In this document: piece after piece, positions 19,449 to 30,921 of the stretch
Layout: every line of letters begins with the position of its first letter
How positions within the stretch are numbered: position 1 is the first letter of the stretch
From: Obrimoposthia wandeli
Taxonomy: Eukaryota
Direction: 5' to 3'
Length of the DNA: 64,000 nucleotides
NCBI GenBank assembly: GCA_977020255.1
Contig: CDROCS010002866.1
Coordinates: 434,001-498,000, forward strand
Program-made: the position numbers and the translations under genes
The notes under the pieces: model-generated
Seen by the model: only the letters and a program-made list of their open reading frames with translations
Told to the model about the DNA's origin: nothing
The model's database searches: none

Positions 19449-20234
19449 TTAAACTGATTGCTTGATTCTATACCAGTATTCATAACTTTGAGTGTAACCC
19501 AGTTTGGTATATAGTTTGACAGCGGCTTGGTTACTTGCAACAACTTGTAAATAACTTTGACTAGCACCGTTTTCTTTTGCCCAACTAAACAATCCCTGTA
19601 ATAACTGACTAGCGTAGCCTTTGCCGCGATGTTGCTGCCCTGTTAAAATATCAAAAATACCGAGATATTGATTATGGATGACACCTAAACCACAAGCAAC
19701 TTCAACGCCATCTTCCACCAGCACAGCAAAAATCGTTTTATCTTTAATTCTTTGTAAAATAGCTAAGTGAGCATTGTGTTCTGCAATCTCGCTATTATTT
19801 AAAGCACAAAAACTGTCTAACCACTTACTGGGGCTTTTATAAATAATAGTACTGTTTACACTTTCCTCTTGCTGAGCCTGGTTTGATAAAGGCATCTCTA
19901 GCACCAGCGTCTTATCTTGGTATTGATAACTTTGAGCCGCCAAAAATTGATCAAATAAATCAGCACCTACAAAAGAGGGAATGCGAATAATGCTGGGCAA
20001 TTGCTTAATAGCAAAATAGTTTTCTATTTTGCTCAATGTCTGCAAATAATGCTCTTTCGCTACTAATGTTAAGGTGTTTGCATCATAAGATTCGATTTGC
20101 AATATATTCGCAGAATTAGCTCTTTTGGTATAGCCATGTGCATAGCGAAATACTACTCCTTGATCTTCTAATTCCTGCTGAGCTGGCCAAGCTTTGAAAG
20201 CTGCTCTTTCAAGGATTTGATAATGCGTGTTCAT
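19449..20234 (-). CDS. GNAT family acetyltransferase (two-domain)
   Basis: HGYTKRANSAN, HRGKGYA, YLQVVASNQAAVKLYTKLGY. ATG 20234 preceded by AGGGAG (the track starts at 20294). Confidence 0.85.
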   Translation of the reverse strand: MNTHYQILERAAFKAWPAQQELEDQGVVFRYAHGYTKRANSANILQIESYDANTLTLVAKEHYLQTLSKIENYFAIKQLPSIIRIPSFVGADLFDQFLAAQSYQYQDKTLVLEMPLSNQAQQEESVNSTIIYKSPSKWLDSFCALNNSEIAEHNAHLAILQRIKDKTIFAVLVEDGVEVACGLGVIHNQYLGIFDILTGQQHRGKGYASQLLQGLFSWAKENGASQSYLQVVASNQAAVKLYTKLGYTQSYEYWYRIKQSV

Positions 20235-20298
20235 CTCTGCTCCCTTTGTTACGCTTTTCGCTAACTTCACTAAAATATTAATTGAGGCAGTCAAATGA

Positions 20299-20502
20299 TT
20301 ATTGTTCTGCTAAATAACGCTTTTCCACTTTCACTAAAACAGCTTTTTTTTGAGCTTCACCATACAACCCCCACTCAGCTATTTCGATACCTGACCTTTT
20401 GCAAGCAATACATAAATCTTGATTGTCTAAACAGCAAACACCCATGCAGGGATTTCTGACAGGAGTAGCGACTTCTTTAGCTTTAGATAGTTTATTTATC
20501 AT
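20299..20502 (-). CDS. DUF1289 family small Cys protein
   Basis: NPCMGVCCLDNQDLCIACKRSGIEIAEW pattern. Confidence 0.8.
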   Translation of the reverse strand: MINKLSKAKEVATPVRNPCMGVCCLDNQDLCIACKRSGIEIAEWGLYGEAQKKAVLVKVEKRYLAEQ

Positions 20503-20974
20503 AAATTCTTCATATGGAAATAGAGGGTTGTGATTTCTTTAAATTATATATCAATCTTAATAAAGCTAAAAATCAAAATGTCGCATCATATCTTAAGCTA
20601 ACATTCTTCACAAAAGAAGATTGGATGAATTAAAAGAGCACGACTGTCCAGTTGCAAAAAAAACAGACCTTAAAGATGTTTACCCCCTATGGCTTACATC
20701 AAATAAACAATAACTAAGAGGCTGTTGAACTTAACGCTAATCTTCAATAAAAAATTACGTTCCACAAAAATGCCTGCCCAATGATAGAAAGCTAATTGAT
20801 CATCGCACACTCACTAAAGTAATTGCATAACACCTGAGCCGTTCAACGGTTACTTGTTAACCTTTAAATATATTGAAACATGCACCTCTTAAGATGTAAT
20901 TATACGTCCATTCTAGTAAACTCACTGCCCCCAAGTTTACTTATGGGGATCCATTCTATTTTTAAGGAAAATTT

Positions 20975-21871
20975 ATGCCTTGGCTACAAGTTAAAATTGA
21001 TATCAAACCTGCACTAGCCGATTTATTTGAAGATCTTTTATTAAATGCTGGGGCGCTATCTGTTACTTACCAAGATAGTTTGGATCAACCTATTTATGAA
21101 CCAGAATTAGGCACCACTCCACTTTGGAGCAATACCACTATCAGCGCTTTATTTGATGCACAAAATGATATGCAAACCATGAAAGAAACGTTACGTTTAT
21201 CTTTTGATCAATTAGCGACCAAAGAAAGCTTCCCCGATCTATCCATCGAAATACTAGAAGATAAAGATTGGGAAAGAGAGTGGATGAATTCTTATAAACC
21301 CATGAAATTTGGTGAACGCTTATGGGTTTGCCCTAGTTGGTGCGAAACCCCTGAGCCCAATGCCATCAATTTAATGCTGGATCCCGGATTAGCCTTTGGC
21401 ACAGGGACTCATCCAACAACTGAGCTTTGCCTGCGTTGGTTAGATAGCATTGACACCCTAAACAAAACAGTGACCGATTATGGTTGTGGTTCTGGAATTT
21501 TAGGTGTTGCAGCTCTTTTATTAGGTGCTAAATCAGTATTAGCTGTTGATATAGATAAACAAGCATTACAAGCGACTAATACAAATTTAGAACGTAATCA
21601 AATTGCATCGGATCGATTACAAGCATATTTACCTGAACATGCACCACAACTGACAACCGATATTCTGGTTGCTAATATTTTATCTGGACCTTTAGTTGAA
21701 TTAGCTCCTGTGCTAGCACAGCGCATCAACAGTGGTGGTTTACTCGCCCTATCTGGTTTATTAGCTGATCAAGAGCAAGATATTATCCAAGCCTATTCTC
21801 CCTGGTTTCATCTAGAGCCTGCGATAGCCCTAGATGGATGGATCAGAGTAACCGGAACTAGAAAACAATAA
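20975..21871 (+). CDS. prmA: Ribosomal protein L11 methyltransferase
   Basis: MPWLQ start, LDPGLAFGTGTHPTT, DYGCGSGIL, ANILSGPL. Confidence 0.96.
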   Translation: MPWLQVKIDIKPALADLFEDLLLNAGALSVTYQDSLDQPIYEPELGTTPLWSNTTISALFDAQNDMQTMKETLRLSFDQLATKESFPDLSIEILEDKDWEREWMNSYKPMKFGERLWVCPSWCETPEPNAINLMLDPGLAFGTGTHPTTELCLRWLDSIDTLNKTVTDYGCGSGILGVAALLLGAKSVLAVDIDKQALQATNTNLERNQIASDRLQAYLPEHAPQLTTDILVANILSGPLVELAPVLAQRINSGGLLALSGLLADQEQDIIQAYSPWFHLEPAIALDGWIRVTGTRKQ

Positions 21872-22624
21872 ATGACGGCACCTTACTCTACGCACTGCCC
21901 TAGTTGTCACTCGGGTCAATTAGTCAATCCGAGTAAATTCATATTGGCTGCGGGCAAAGTTCGCTGCTCGAAGTGTGGCTGCATGTTTGATGCTCAAAAA
22001 CACCGCCAGACAACACCAACAAGCGCAGCAAACAAGCGCTTAACCCTCAGTACAAAACAGCGTAAAAGTCTGCGACAGCCTGTTCAACCTGCCGCTAGAG
22101 AAATTAAATCGAACCACACTTTCTCCAATAAGCTAATTGGCCTCGCTTGTGTTTTGCTTATATTGCTATCCATATTGCAATTAGCGTACTTTAATCGTAC
22201 TAATTGGATAAATATAGCGTGGCTAAAACCTTTATATACCAAGGTGATTAACCCTTTAAGGCCTTCTTCTACCATTAATCAAGCAGCTGAAAACTTCACT
22301 CAATTATCGTTAGTCATTCAACCTGCTGTTACTATTAAAAATGCGTTGTCGATCAATTTTAGTTTTCAAAATACCAGTAAAAAAACCCAGAACCTACCTT
22401 TAGTTGAGCTAGTTTTTAGTGACCTAAAGGGTAAATTAGTCGCTCAGCGCATTTTCAACCCTGTGCAATACCTAAATATTGATGCTAAACAAGTTACACA
22501 ACTCGCACCTCAAGAAATTGTTAAAGGTGAATTGAGTATATTACAAACCGCTCAACGCGGTTTAAATTATCAAGTATTACTAATTAACGAAAACTCCCCT
22601 CTTACCCTCCCTACGCAAAAATAA
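21872..22624 (+). CDS. Zinc-ribbon + TM + DUF3426 domain protein
   Basis: CPSC...VRCSKC zinc ribbon, a single TM and the conserved position between prmA and dusB. Confidence 0.8.
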   Translation: MTAPYSTHCPSCHSGQLVNPSKFILAAGKVRCSKCGCMFDAQKHRQTTPTSAANKRLTLSTKQRKSLRQPVQPAAREIKSNHTFSNKLIGLACVLLILLSILQLAYFNRTNWINIAWLKPLYTKVINPLRPSSTINQAAENFTQLSLVIQPAVTIKNALSINFSFQNTSKKTQNLPLVELVFSDLKGKLVAQRIFNPVQYLNIDAKQVTQLAPQEIVKGELSILQTAQRGLNYQVLLINENSPLTLPTQK

Positions 22625-22872
22625 TTACTCGCAGTACACAAACTAAAAATTAGTAGCTTTTCAGCTAAACCGCTGCTTCTAGTTTAATCATAGTGATATT
22701 CTAAATTGGCAACTTGGATAATAGTCAAGACAATTAGATCAAAAAACACCCTAAAAATCGTGGTGAATTACTTGAAAAGTGTGTAAAATTCGCCCCCTTC
22801 TCAAACTGAATAGCCATTCTCTCAAATGCTATTGTATCGTTTGAGTTAAATTTAAATATTTATGGACCTTTC

Positions 22873-23859
22873 ATGTTTCAAATTGGCCAATACACTATAG
22901 ATAGCAAGGTTATCCTCGCACCTATGGCAGGTATAACAGATTTACCATTTAGACGTCTGTGCAAACAATTGGGAGCTGGATTAGTCGTTTCCGAAATGGT
23001 GACAAGCGATACCAAGTTATGGAACTCCCGTAAATCAAGTTTTCGTTTAACTCAAGATACCGACATTGAACCGAGATCAGTGCAAATTGCCGGTGGCGAT
23101 GCTCAGATGATGGCTAGTGCTGCCAAAATGAATGTAGAACGTGGCGCACAGATTATTGATATTAATATGGGATGCCCTGCCAAAAAAGTATGTAACAAAG
23201 CTGCTGGTTCTGCTCTTTTAAAAGATGAATCATTAGTGCGTGAAATATTACAAGCGGTAGTTGTTGCTGTAGACGTACCTGTCACACTTAAAATAAGGAC
23301 AGGTTGGGATAAGCAGAATATAAATGCTATCACTATTGCAAAAATGGCGGAAGATATTGGTATAAAAGCTTTAGCGGTACATGGTCGTACTAGAGCTTGC
23401 GCTTTCAAAGGTGACGTTGAATATCAAACGATGGCAGATATTGCACAAGTTATTGATATTCCTTTGTTTGCTAACGGAGATATTGATAGCCCTGCTAAAG
23501 CACGCCAAGTGTTAGATTTCACCAACGCAGATGCAGTTATGCTTGGGAGAGGAGCACAGGGACGCCCTTGGATATTCAGAGAGATAGATCACTTTTTAGC
23601 AACTGATGAGCATTTGCCCACGATTGCTGTAGAAGAGATAAAGCAGATTTTAATTAGTCATTTACATGCACTTCACCAGTTTTATGGTGATTATTTAGGG
23701 GTGCGTATAGCTCGTAAGCATGTAAATTGGTACTTACAATCTGTACAAGAGAACAAACTATTTCGCGCTGGTTTTAACAAACTAGATACAAGAGATAAAC
23801 AATTGGCAGCAATTGAACAGTATTTTACGACAGTTCAATTAAATAGCACTGCCGCTTAA
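22873..23859 (+). CDS. dusB: tRNA-dihydrouridine synthase B
   Basis: LAPMAGITD, IDINMGCPAKKV, AVHGRTR, ARKH; upstream of fis. Confidence 0.96.
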   Translation: MFQIGQYTIDSKVILAPMAGITDLPFRRLCKQLGAGLVVSEMVTSDTKLWNSRKSSFRLTQDTDIEPRSVQIAGGDAQMMASAAKMNVERGAQIIDINMGCPAKKVCNKAAGSALLKDESLVREILQAVVVAVDVPVTLKIRTGWDKQNINAITIAKMAEDIGIKALAVHGRTRACAFKGDVEYQTMADIAQVIDIPLFANGDIDSPAKARQVLDFTNADAVMLGRGAQGRPWIFREIDHFLATDEHLPTIAVEEIKQILISHLHALHQFYGDYLGVRIARKHVNWYLQSVQENKLFRAGFNKLDTRDKQLAAIEQYFTTVQLNSTAA

Positions 23860-23876
23860 CATTTTAATATCGGAAT

Positions 23877-24176
23877 ATGCATCAAGTGAACATTATAGAA
23901 AACCAACCAGCCAGCTTCGTCCCTGCCACTAACCCTACTGTAACTCAAGGTCAAACTTTGAGAGACAGTGTTGAAACGTCAATGAACAATTACTTTACGC
24001 AGTTAGACGGTCAACCAGTGACAGATGTTTATAAAATGGTACTTGCTGAAATAGAAGCGCCTCTTTTAGAAACAGTTATGACTTACACTAAAGACAATCA
24101 AACAAAAGCGTCTGAATTATTAGGCTTAAACCGTGGAACTTTACGTAAAAAGTTAAAAGAATACGGTCTATTATAA
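23877..24176 (+). CDS. fis: DNA-binding protein Fis
   Basis: [25 protein letters not shown]. Confidence 0.96.
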   Translation: MHQVNIIENQPASFVPATNPTVTQGQTLRDSVETSMNNYFTQLDGQPVTDVYKMVLAEIEAPLLETVMTYTKDNQTKASELLGLNRGTLRKKLKEYGLL

Positions 24177-24197
24177 TTTCGATTTGGTAAAAAAATA

Positions 24198-24228
24198 GCA
24201 GTTGCAAGCTTTATCGCTGACAACTGCT
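24198..24228 (+). terminator. Hairpin after fis
   Basis: AGCAGTTG...CAACTGCT stem. Confidence 0.5.
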
Positions 24229-24441
24229 GCTTTAGCTAGAGGACAGATTGAGAATTGACTATGGATAATTTATTTTCCACTATTCACAGCTCCATCCATT
24301 TACGCCCATACTCACAAACTAATTCCCTCTCGTTATCTGCACTTTTTAAAACTCCTTTAGCTATAACCAATACACAGTTACCACAAACGCATTCCCAAAT
24401 TGACCTTAATCCATCCTTTAATTAGAGATAATGGCATACAT

Positions 24442-26049
24442 ATGGCAGAGCTAACTTATACCCCTATTCGCAGAGCACTTATCAGTGTTTCAGATAAAAC
24501 TGGCATCGTTGAGTTCGCTAGTATTTTAGAGCGCCACGGTGTTGAAATTTTATCTACCGGTGGCACCTACAAATTGCTGCAAGATAATAATATCGCAGCC
24601 ATAGAAGTATCTGATTACACAGGCTTCCCTGAAATGATGGACGGGCGAGTTAAAACCTTGCACCCAAAAATCCACGGTGGAATTTTAGCCCGCAGAGGCA
24701 TCGATGAAGCAGTAATGGCTGAACATGATATCAATGCTATCGATATGGTTATTGTTAACTTATATCCTTTTAAGCAAACCATCGAACGTGATGATTGCAC
24801 TTTACCTATGGCGATCGAAAATATCGATATCGGCGGCCCTACCATGGTTCGCTCTGCAGCTAAAAACCATAAAGATGTCGCTATAGTGGTCAATGCCAGT
24901 AGCTATGCTCATATCGAGCAACAATTAGCTACAAACAGCGGTTTAACCATTGCCGATCGTTTTGATTTAGCAGTACAAGCGTTTGAACATACAGCTGCTT
25001 ACGATTCAATGATCGCCAATTATTTAGGCGCTGTGATTGAAGGACCAACCGCTGCCGATAACACTGATGCTCCTGTCGATACCTCTGCTTTTGCGCGTAC
25101 ATTTAATAGTCAGTTTATTAAGTCGCAAGATATGCGCTACGGTGAAAACAGCCACCAGCGTTCTGCTTTTTATGTTGAAAGCAATGCAACCGGCGCGTCT
25201 ATTAGCACAGCTAAACAGTTACAAGGTAAAGCGCTTTCTTATAACAACGTCGCCGATACAGATGCCGCACTTGAGTGTGTAAAATCGTTTGCAGAGCCTG
25301 CTTGTGTAATTGTTAAGCACGCTAACCCCTGCGGCGTAGCAATTGCTGATAATATTCACGCAGCTTATGATCTAGCTTATGCAACAGACCCTACTTCAGC
25401 ATTTGGTGGCATCATTGCTTTTAACCGCTCTTTAGATGCGACAACGGCTAGCGCCATTATTGAACGCCAATTTGTAGAAGTTATTATTGCACCAAGCATC
25501 GACGAAGAGGCGTGTAAAATACTCGCCAGTAAAACTAATGTTAGAGTACTTATTTGCGGAGAGCTTAGCGATACAGCTATTGCTAGCTTAGATTACAAAC
25601 GTGTTAATGGCGGCTTACTTGTGCAAGATCGCGACATGGGTGAAATTACCGCTGATGACCTTAAGATCGTCACTAAAGTACAGCCAAGCACCGAGCAAAT
25701 TAAAGATTTATTATTTTGCTGGAAAATTGCTAAATTCGTAAAATCCAATGCCATTGTTTACGCTAGAGATGGGCAAAGCATCGGAATTGGCGCAGGGCAA
25801 ATGAGTCGAGTTTACAGCGCTAAAGTAGCCAACATCAAAGCCGCTGATGAAGGCTTACAAGTTGCTGGATCTGTTATGGCATCGGATGCATTTTTTCCCT
25901 TTAGCGACGGAATTGAAGCGGCGGCAGAGGTTGGTATTAGTGCAGTAATCCAACCAGGTGGCTCTATGCGTGATGATGAAGTCATTGCCGCTGCGGATAA
26001 AGCTGGTATAGCAATGGTCTTCACAGGCATGCGCCACTTTAGGCACTAA
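24442..26049 (+). CDS. purH: Bifunctional AICAR transformylase/IMP cyclohydrolase
   Basis: [43 protein letters not shown]. Start adjusted from 24400. Confidence 0.97.
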   Translation: MAELTYTPIRRALISVSDKTGIVEFASILERHGVEILSTGGTYKLLQDNNIAAIEVSDYTGFPEMMDGRVKTLHPKIHGGILARRGIDEAVMAEHDINAIDMVIVNLYPFKQTIERDDCTLPMAIENIDIGGPTMVRSAAKNHKDVAIVVNASSYAHIEQQLATNSGLTIADRFDLAVQAFEHTAAYDSMIANYLGAVIEGPTAADNTDAPVDTSAFARTFNSQFIKSQDMRYGENSHQRSAFYVESNATGASISTAKQLQGKALSYNNVADTDAALECVKSFAEPACVIVKHANPCGVAIADNIHAAYDLAYATDPTSAFGGIIAFNRSLDATTASAIIERQFVEVIIAPSIDEEACKILASKTNVRVLICGELSDTAIASLDYKRVNGGLLVQDRDMGEITADDLKIVTKVQPSTEQIKDLLFCWKIAKFVKSNAIVYARDGQSIGIGAGQMSRVYSAKVANIKAADEGLQVAGSVMASDAFFPFSDGIEAAAEVGISAVIQPGGSMRDDEVIAAADKAGIAMVFTGMRHFRH

Positions 26050-26097
26050 TAAATTTCTCACTGTGCCGGATAGCAGGCACAGTTTTTGGAGTGAAAA

Positions 26098-27378
26098 ATG
26101 AATATACTAATTATTGGATCTGGCGGCAGGGAACACGCCCTAGCTTGGTCTGCAGCTAAAGATAACAACGTTGCTAAAGTGTTTGTAGCACCGGGTAATG
26201 GTGGCACCGCAACTGAACCAAAAATGCAAAATGTTGCTTTAGATATTATGGATTCAGCGGCGCTTATCGAATTTGCACAAGAAAATGACGTTGCTTTAAC
26301 TATCGTCGGCCCAGAAGCACCATTAGTCGCTGGAGTCGTTGATGATTTTCGCGCAGCCGATTTAGCCATTTTCGGCCCAACGGCTGCTGCAGCACAACTG
26401 GAAGGCTCAAAAGTTTTCAGTAAAGACTTCCTTCAGCGCCAAAAAATCCCAACCGCAGCTTACCAAAACTTCACCGAGATAGCTCCTGCACTTGAGTATC
26501 TACAAAAAGTTGGCGCACCTATTGTGATTAAAGCTGATGGGTTAGCAGCTGGTAAGGGTGTTATTGTCGCTACGAACCTGGCTGAAGCAGAAGATGCCGT
26601 TCGCGATATGCTAGCGGGAAATAAATTTGGCGACGCCGGATCTAGGGTTGTTATTGAAGAATTCCTAACCGGCGAAGAAGCTTCTTTTATTGTTATGGTT
26701 GACGGCGATAACGTATTACCAATGGCTACTAGCCAAGATCATAAACGCGTCGGCGATGGAGATACTGGCCCAAATACTGGCGGGATGGGAGCTTATTCGC
26801 CAGCACCTGTGGTTAGCGATGAAATTCATCAACGCATTATGGAGCAAGTTATTTTGCCTACTGTGCAAGGCATGAAAGATGAAGGCAATCAATACACTGG
26901 ATTTTTGTACGCAGGTGTAATGATAGATAACACCGGCCAGCCTAAAGTTATCGAGTTTAACTGCAGATTTGGCGACCCTGAAACTCAACCAATCATGCTG
27001 CGTCTACAAACTAGCATCGTTGATATGTGCCAAGCTGCGCTTAATAAAGATTTCGATAGCATTGATGTTAAGTGGGACCCTCGACCAGCTGTTGGTGTTG
27101 TAATGGCAGCAGGGGGCTATCCCGATAGCTACGCAAAAGGCACACTAATCACCATAGAAGACAACCAACAAAGTGACACAAAAGTATTTCATGCCGGCAC
27201 TCAATTACAAGATAATAAGCTAGTCACCTCTGGGGGAAGAGTCCTTTGTATTGCCTCTCTTGGCGAAAACGTCACCCAAGCACAACAAAAAGCTTATGCC
27301 GGTGTTGCTAATATCCATTGGGATAAAGCATTTTATCGCAGCGATATCGCGTATCGTGCAATTGATAGGGAAATGTAG
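26098..27378 (+). CDS. purD: Phosphoribosylamine-glycine ligase
   Basis: [40 protein letters not shown]. Confidence 0.97.
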   Translation: MNILIIGSGGREHALAWSAAKDNNVAKVFVAPGNGGTATEPKMQNVALDIMDSAALIEFAQENDVALTIVGPEAPLVAGVVDDFRAADLAIFGPTAAAAQLEGSKVFSKDFLQRQKIPTAAYQNFTEIAPALEYLQKVGAPIVIKADGLAAGKGVIVATNLAEAEDAVRDMLAGNKFGDAGSRVVIEEFLTGEEASFIVMVDGDNVLPMATSQDHKRVGDGDTGPNTGGMGAYSPAPVVSDEIHQRIMEQVILPTVQGMKDEGNQYTGFLYAGVMIDNTGQPKVIEFNCRFGDPETQPIMLRLQTSIVDMCQAALNKDFDSIDVKWDPRPAVGVVMAAGGYPDSYAKGTLITIEDNQQSDTKVFHAGTQLQDNKLVTSGGRVLCIASLGENVTQAQQKAYAGVANIHWDKAFYRSDIAYRAIDREM

Positions 27379-27820
27379 TTAATAGCTATACTTAACCAGT
27401 ATTAGATTTAGTTCTCAAGCATGAATAAATCCCCTCAAAAGCGTTTTGTTATGAACAAGACGCTTTTATCCTCATCTGTTCATAAAAGATTACTGGGCAT
27501 CTTCACAATATCCGGAAAATACAGTTAGTGACACTCTCTGGTACAAACCGGTTAGCCCTATACCTAAAGTTAAATATACAAGTACTTTACTCTCGCAATT
27601 TACCTAGATATTATAGTTTTTAATTTATAATAAAATATTTTCTGCATAGATAACTTTTAACTGAAATTGTTATTCGCACAGACAAGTTAATGGGAATTAT
27701 AGTGAATTCTACAGGTGACTAAGTAGTTGTAATGATTATAGCTATACTCAATTTAATAATGCATTATACTAAGCTCATAAACTTTTACACTTTCTATATT
27801 ATGGATTTGATGTGCTTTTC

Positions 27821-29290
27821 ATGGATTTCAAACGAACTAAACTGACCGTACTCATCACTGCTATTATTGCTACCGGCTGCAGTGCAAATAAACTAGAATC
27901 AAACACAGATGATCAAGGGTATTGCCGTAACGGTGGAGCCTCAAATGATTTCAGCTGTAATGACACCAAAACTAATACGAATACAACAAACGGTGCTGAG
28001 AATCCAGTTACTGTTAACAATCCAAATACAGAAGCATGGATGAATTCAAAGCTTTCCGATATTAAATCCTGGTTAAAAACCATTAAGGAAAACCCGAATT
28101 CACAGATTACCAATCCTAGCACTTCCAATGCAGCATTGATGGTACGAAATCCTGCAGCTACAAATCCTGAGCTTAGGCAAATTGAAGCACTCACTCAACG
28201 CAAAGATAATCGCGCTGCGATGGCTGCAATCAATACCTTCTTAGCAGACAATCCTAATAATTTAGAAGCAGAGCTCACTAAAGGCTTAGTACTAAGTAAT
28301 ATGGGAGAATCGAAAGAGGCAGAATCTTTACTTAGAAATGCAATCACTCGCCACCCTACCTCTCCTGAGCTCTATAATAATTTAGCTGTTTTATATTCAG
28401 ATCAAGGCGACTATGGAAGGGCAATAGAAACTCTACTACTCGCTTTTTCAACACACCCTAGTTACGCTCAAGTCAATGAGAACTTAAGGGAGGTTTATGC
28501 ATCGGTTGCCTCTTTAGCTTATAATCGTGCGCTAGATTTAGATTCAGATAATAAACTAACTCCTGAGCTAGTGACACTAAGAAGAATCTCAACTCCAGGA
28601 TTACCCGCGGTAGCCACTTCCAGTTTAAGCACCAGTATTGCAGCGAATAGCTCGCTCGACACTGTTGCACGTAGCAGTAAAAAAATTAGCACTAATGCTG
28701 CTGTAAAGCCGCTATTAAAAGCCAAACAGCCGGTCTTAGATAAAGTTGAAACGGCTGGGACTAAAGTCATTACAACTCCCACCAAGAAAATCAACCTGCC
28801 GCTTCCAAAACTTAAAGATTCAAAGCCTGCGATAGAGATCGCTAAAATAGCTATCAAACCTAAAATTACTCGCAAACCAAACAAAGTAAAAACAAGTATT
28901 GTACGGGTTGATAACAACCAAGCCCCTAAAACAGCTAAAGCCTCTGGCAGCAGCACATTAGCAGCAATTAAAGCGGTGAACCGCTGGAGCTGGACTTGGA
29001 CATCGCAAAACGTGAGCGCTTATATTGGTTCTTACGTACAAAACTACTCACCTAAAGCCAGCGTTAAACATTCACAATGGCGTAAATTGCGCTCTTTAAG
29101 ACTGACAAAACCTTCTTTCATTAAAGTAGAACTTTCTAACGTGAAAAGTAAAAGAATTGGGAATAATCTAGTTGAAGTAACGTTTTTACAAAAATACCAA
29201 GCAAATACCTACCGGGACCAAACTAACAAACGCCTTGTAATGAAAAAAGTTGGTTCTAGATGGTTAATTAGCCAAGAGAAGAATATTTAA
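27821..29290 (+). CDS. Lipoprotein with TPR repeats, low-complexity linker and C-terminal NTF2-like (Cds6-type) domain
   Basis: IATGC lipobox; PELYNNLAVLY TPR; K/P/T-rich linker; W...WTSQNVSAYIGSY...F.QKYQANTYRDQTNK.L. Confidence 0.75.
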   Translation: MDFKRTKLTVLITAIIATGCSANKLESNTDDQGYCRNGGASNDFSCNDTKTNTNTTNGAENPVTVNNPNTEAWMNSKLSDIKSWLKTIKENPNSQITNPSTSNAALMVRNPAATNPELRQIEALTQRKDNRAAMAAINTFLADNPNNLEAELTKGLVLSNMGESKEAESLLRNAITRHPTSPELYNNLAVLYSDQGDYGRAIETLLLAFSTHPSYAQVNENLREVYASVASLAYNRALDLDSDNKLTPELVTLRRISTPGLPAVATSSLSTSIAANSSLDTVARSSKKISTNAAVKPLLKAKQPVLDKVETAGTKVITTPTKKINLPLPKLKDSKPAIEIAKIAIKPKITRKPNKVKTSIVRVDNNQAPKTAKASGSSTLAAIKAVNRWSWTWTSQNVSAYIGSYVQNYSPKASVKHSQWRKLRSLRLTKPSFIKVELSNVKSKRIGNNLVEVTFLQKYQANTYRDQTNKRLVMKKVGSRWLISQEKNI

Positions 29291-29697
29291 ACGCGCTCAC
29301 TTATTATAATTTATTTTAACAATAATCGATGCGGTAACTTAGGCAGTAAACAGTCCCTCAGTTATCAAGTCGATTTAGATCTTGTTAATAGATAACCACT
29401 ACTATTAACTATTTTCCTTCCCTTTACTAACCTTTTAGTTACTGCGAAATACTCACCAACATACACGACAGTGCATAAAAAATTGGCTTTGCTCTAAAGG
29501 ATAATTTTTAAGCGTACTAATGCCCGTAGCTGCAGTGAAACACAAGGCTAGCTTATTGATTTCTCTTTTTGAAGAGATAAAAATCCAAAAGTACTTGAAT
29601 AGCACAGGATAAGTTAATTGCACATTATGTGCAGCTAACTAAATAGCTTAATAAAAATTAATTGAATTGTACAATCAATGAAGAACAGCCCGTTATC

Positions 29698-29958
29698 TTA
29701 AGTCATTACACCAGGGCGGAATGGTTTATTGGCTTGATTATTCTGATAGTTATTTTTACTTTGCGCCATAAGCTTAACATTCTTTGCAATAAGGCCGCGT
29801 TTGTCAATATGACACTCAAATTCGACGGTAACCCCCACCTTTAAGAACTGGCAATTTAATAAATCAGCTTTATAAACGATGATATCTTTACCACTGCCAT
29901 TTTCAAGAAAGCCAGACTCTTTATCACGAAACCATTTTTTAACAACTGTTTGCAACAT
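29698..29958 (-). CDS. Atypical cold-shock-domain protein
   Basis: VKKWFRDKESGFL...IIVY...LKVGVTVEF...GLIAKNV follows the CSD pattern with altered RNP motifs. Confidence 0.7.
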   Translation of the reverse strand: MLQTVVKKWFRDKESGFLENGSGKDIIVYKADLLNCQFLKVGVTVEFECHIDKRGLIAKNVKLMAQSKNNYQNNQANKPFRPGVMT

Positions 29959-30513
29959 TTACTCCTTACAACACACGGCCGAATATAACTATAATTAGCT
30001 TCAAAATTGAATATAATTAGCCTCATGGACTGATTAACTAGCTACAGAACTACAAGATATTGAGGGATTGAATTGAATCTTAGTCATAAAACCTAAAACA
30101 GGTTTGCAGACCATAAATATAGCATATTTTTTTAGTTATTGGATACTTCAGATTTAAGTTCTTGCTACTTTTAAACAAGAAACGACTTAAAATGATGAAA
30201 GTAGCTTATTACAGCTAAACCGATAGGCTATAAACCACTCGATCTATTCAATACTTGGTGCGCAGTCTCATTAAAGAGTATTCTTAAGAGTTACAAAACA
30301 ATAAATAATAATTTCTTTAAGCTGAATTAATAAATTATTATTTTAATCACTAATTTTTGTTAAAGAAGTGTTAAAATGATAATACTTTATTTCTGCACGC
30401 ATTTCTTGCAATGAAAACGACTTAAGATTGAACATAGCAATAATATTAGCATTTTCTTAACTGGAACTTGACCTAATTACTAACACTTGTCCCATAAACA
30501 ACACTGGATAACG

Positions 30514-30825
30514 ATGAAAAAGACCATAGCTTTAACCCATCCCAAATTAAAATTAGCTAGATTAGTTGATTCAATAAAACATGATGTTAAAAAATACATC
30601 AAAAGAGAGCGTAATAAACAACTACCCGCTGATGTAGATTACTGGGATTTTGCGTGCAAATTTGGCGCAGATGAAGCTCAGGCACAAACCGTTCATTTAT
30701 CACAAGTCAGCAAATCAATTGATCAAGCCGCCGCAACTGGCTTGGAATCATTTTACTTAGAAATCATTGCCATTCACGGTATTCGCCAAAGCTCAACACA
30801 AAACCCTTGGTCCCTAGACAGCTAA
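30514..30825 (+). CDS. Conserved hypothetical protein (DUF6172-like)
   Basis: MKKTIALTHPKLK...IKHDVKKYIKRER...DYWDFACKFG. ATG 30514 preferred over TTG 30487. Confidence 0.7.
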   Translation: MKKTIALTHPKLKLARLVDSIKHDVKKYIKRERNKQLPADVDYWDFACKFGADEAQAQTVHLSQVSKSIDQAAATGLESFYLEIIAIHGIRQSSTQNPWSLDS

Positions 30826-30849
30826 ACATTATTAGTATAATGCTCCTCA

Positions 30850-30884
30850 ATCATAAGTGCCTCACTAAGCGCTGCACTTATGAT
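30850..30884. terminator. Bidirectional hairpin between convergent genes
   Basis: ATCATAAGTGC...GCACTTATGAT 11-bp stem. Confidence 0.6.
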
Positions 30885-30921
30885 GCGTAAAAGTACTACC
30901 TTAAGCTCTAACTAACAACGA

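Noticed and set aside
20718-20853. Possible IS/MITE ends (GAGGCTGTTGAAC ... GTTCAACGGTTAC)
   Set aside because: Only 8-9 of 13 positions pair, and there is no target duplication or transposase remnant.
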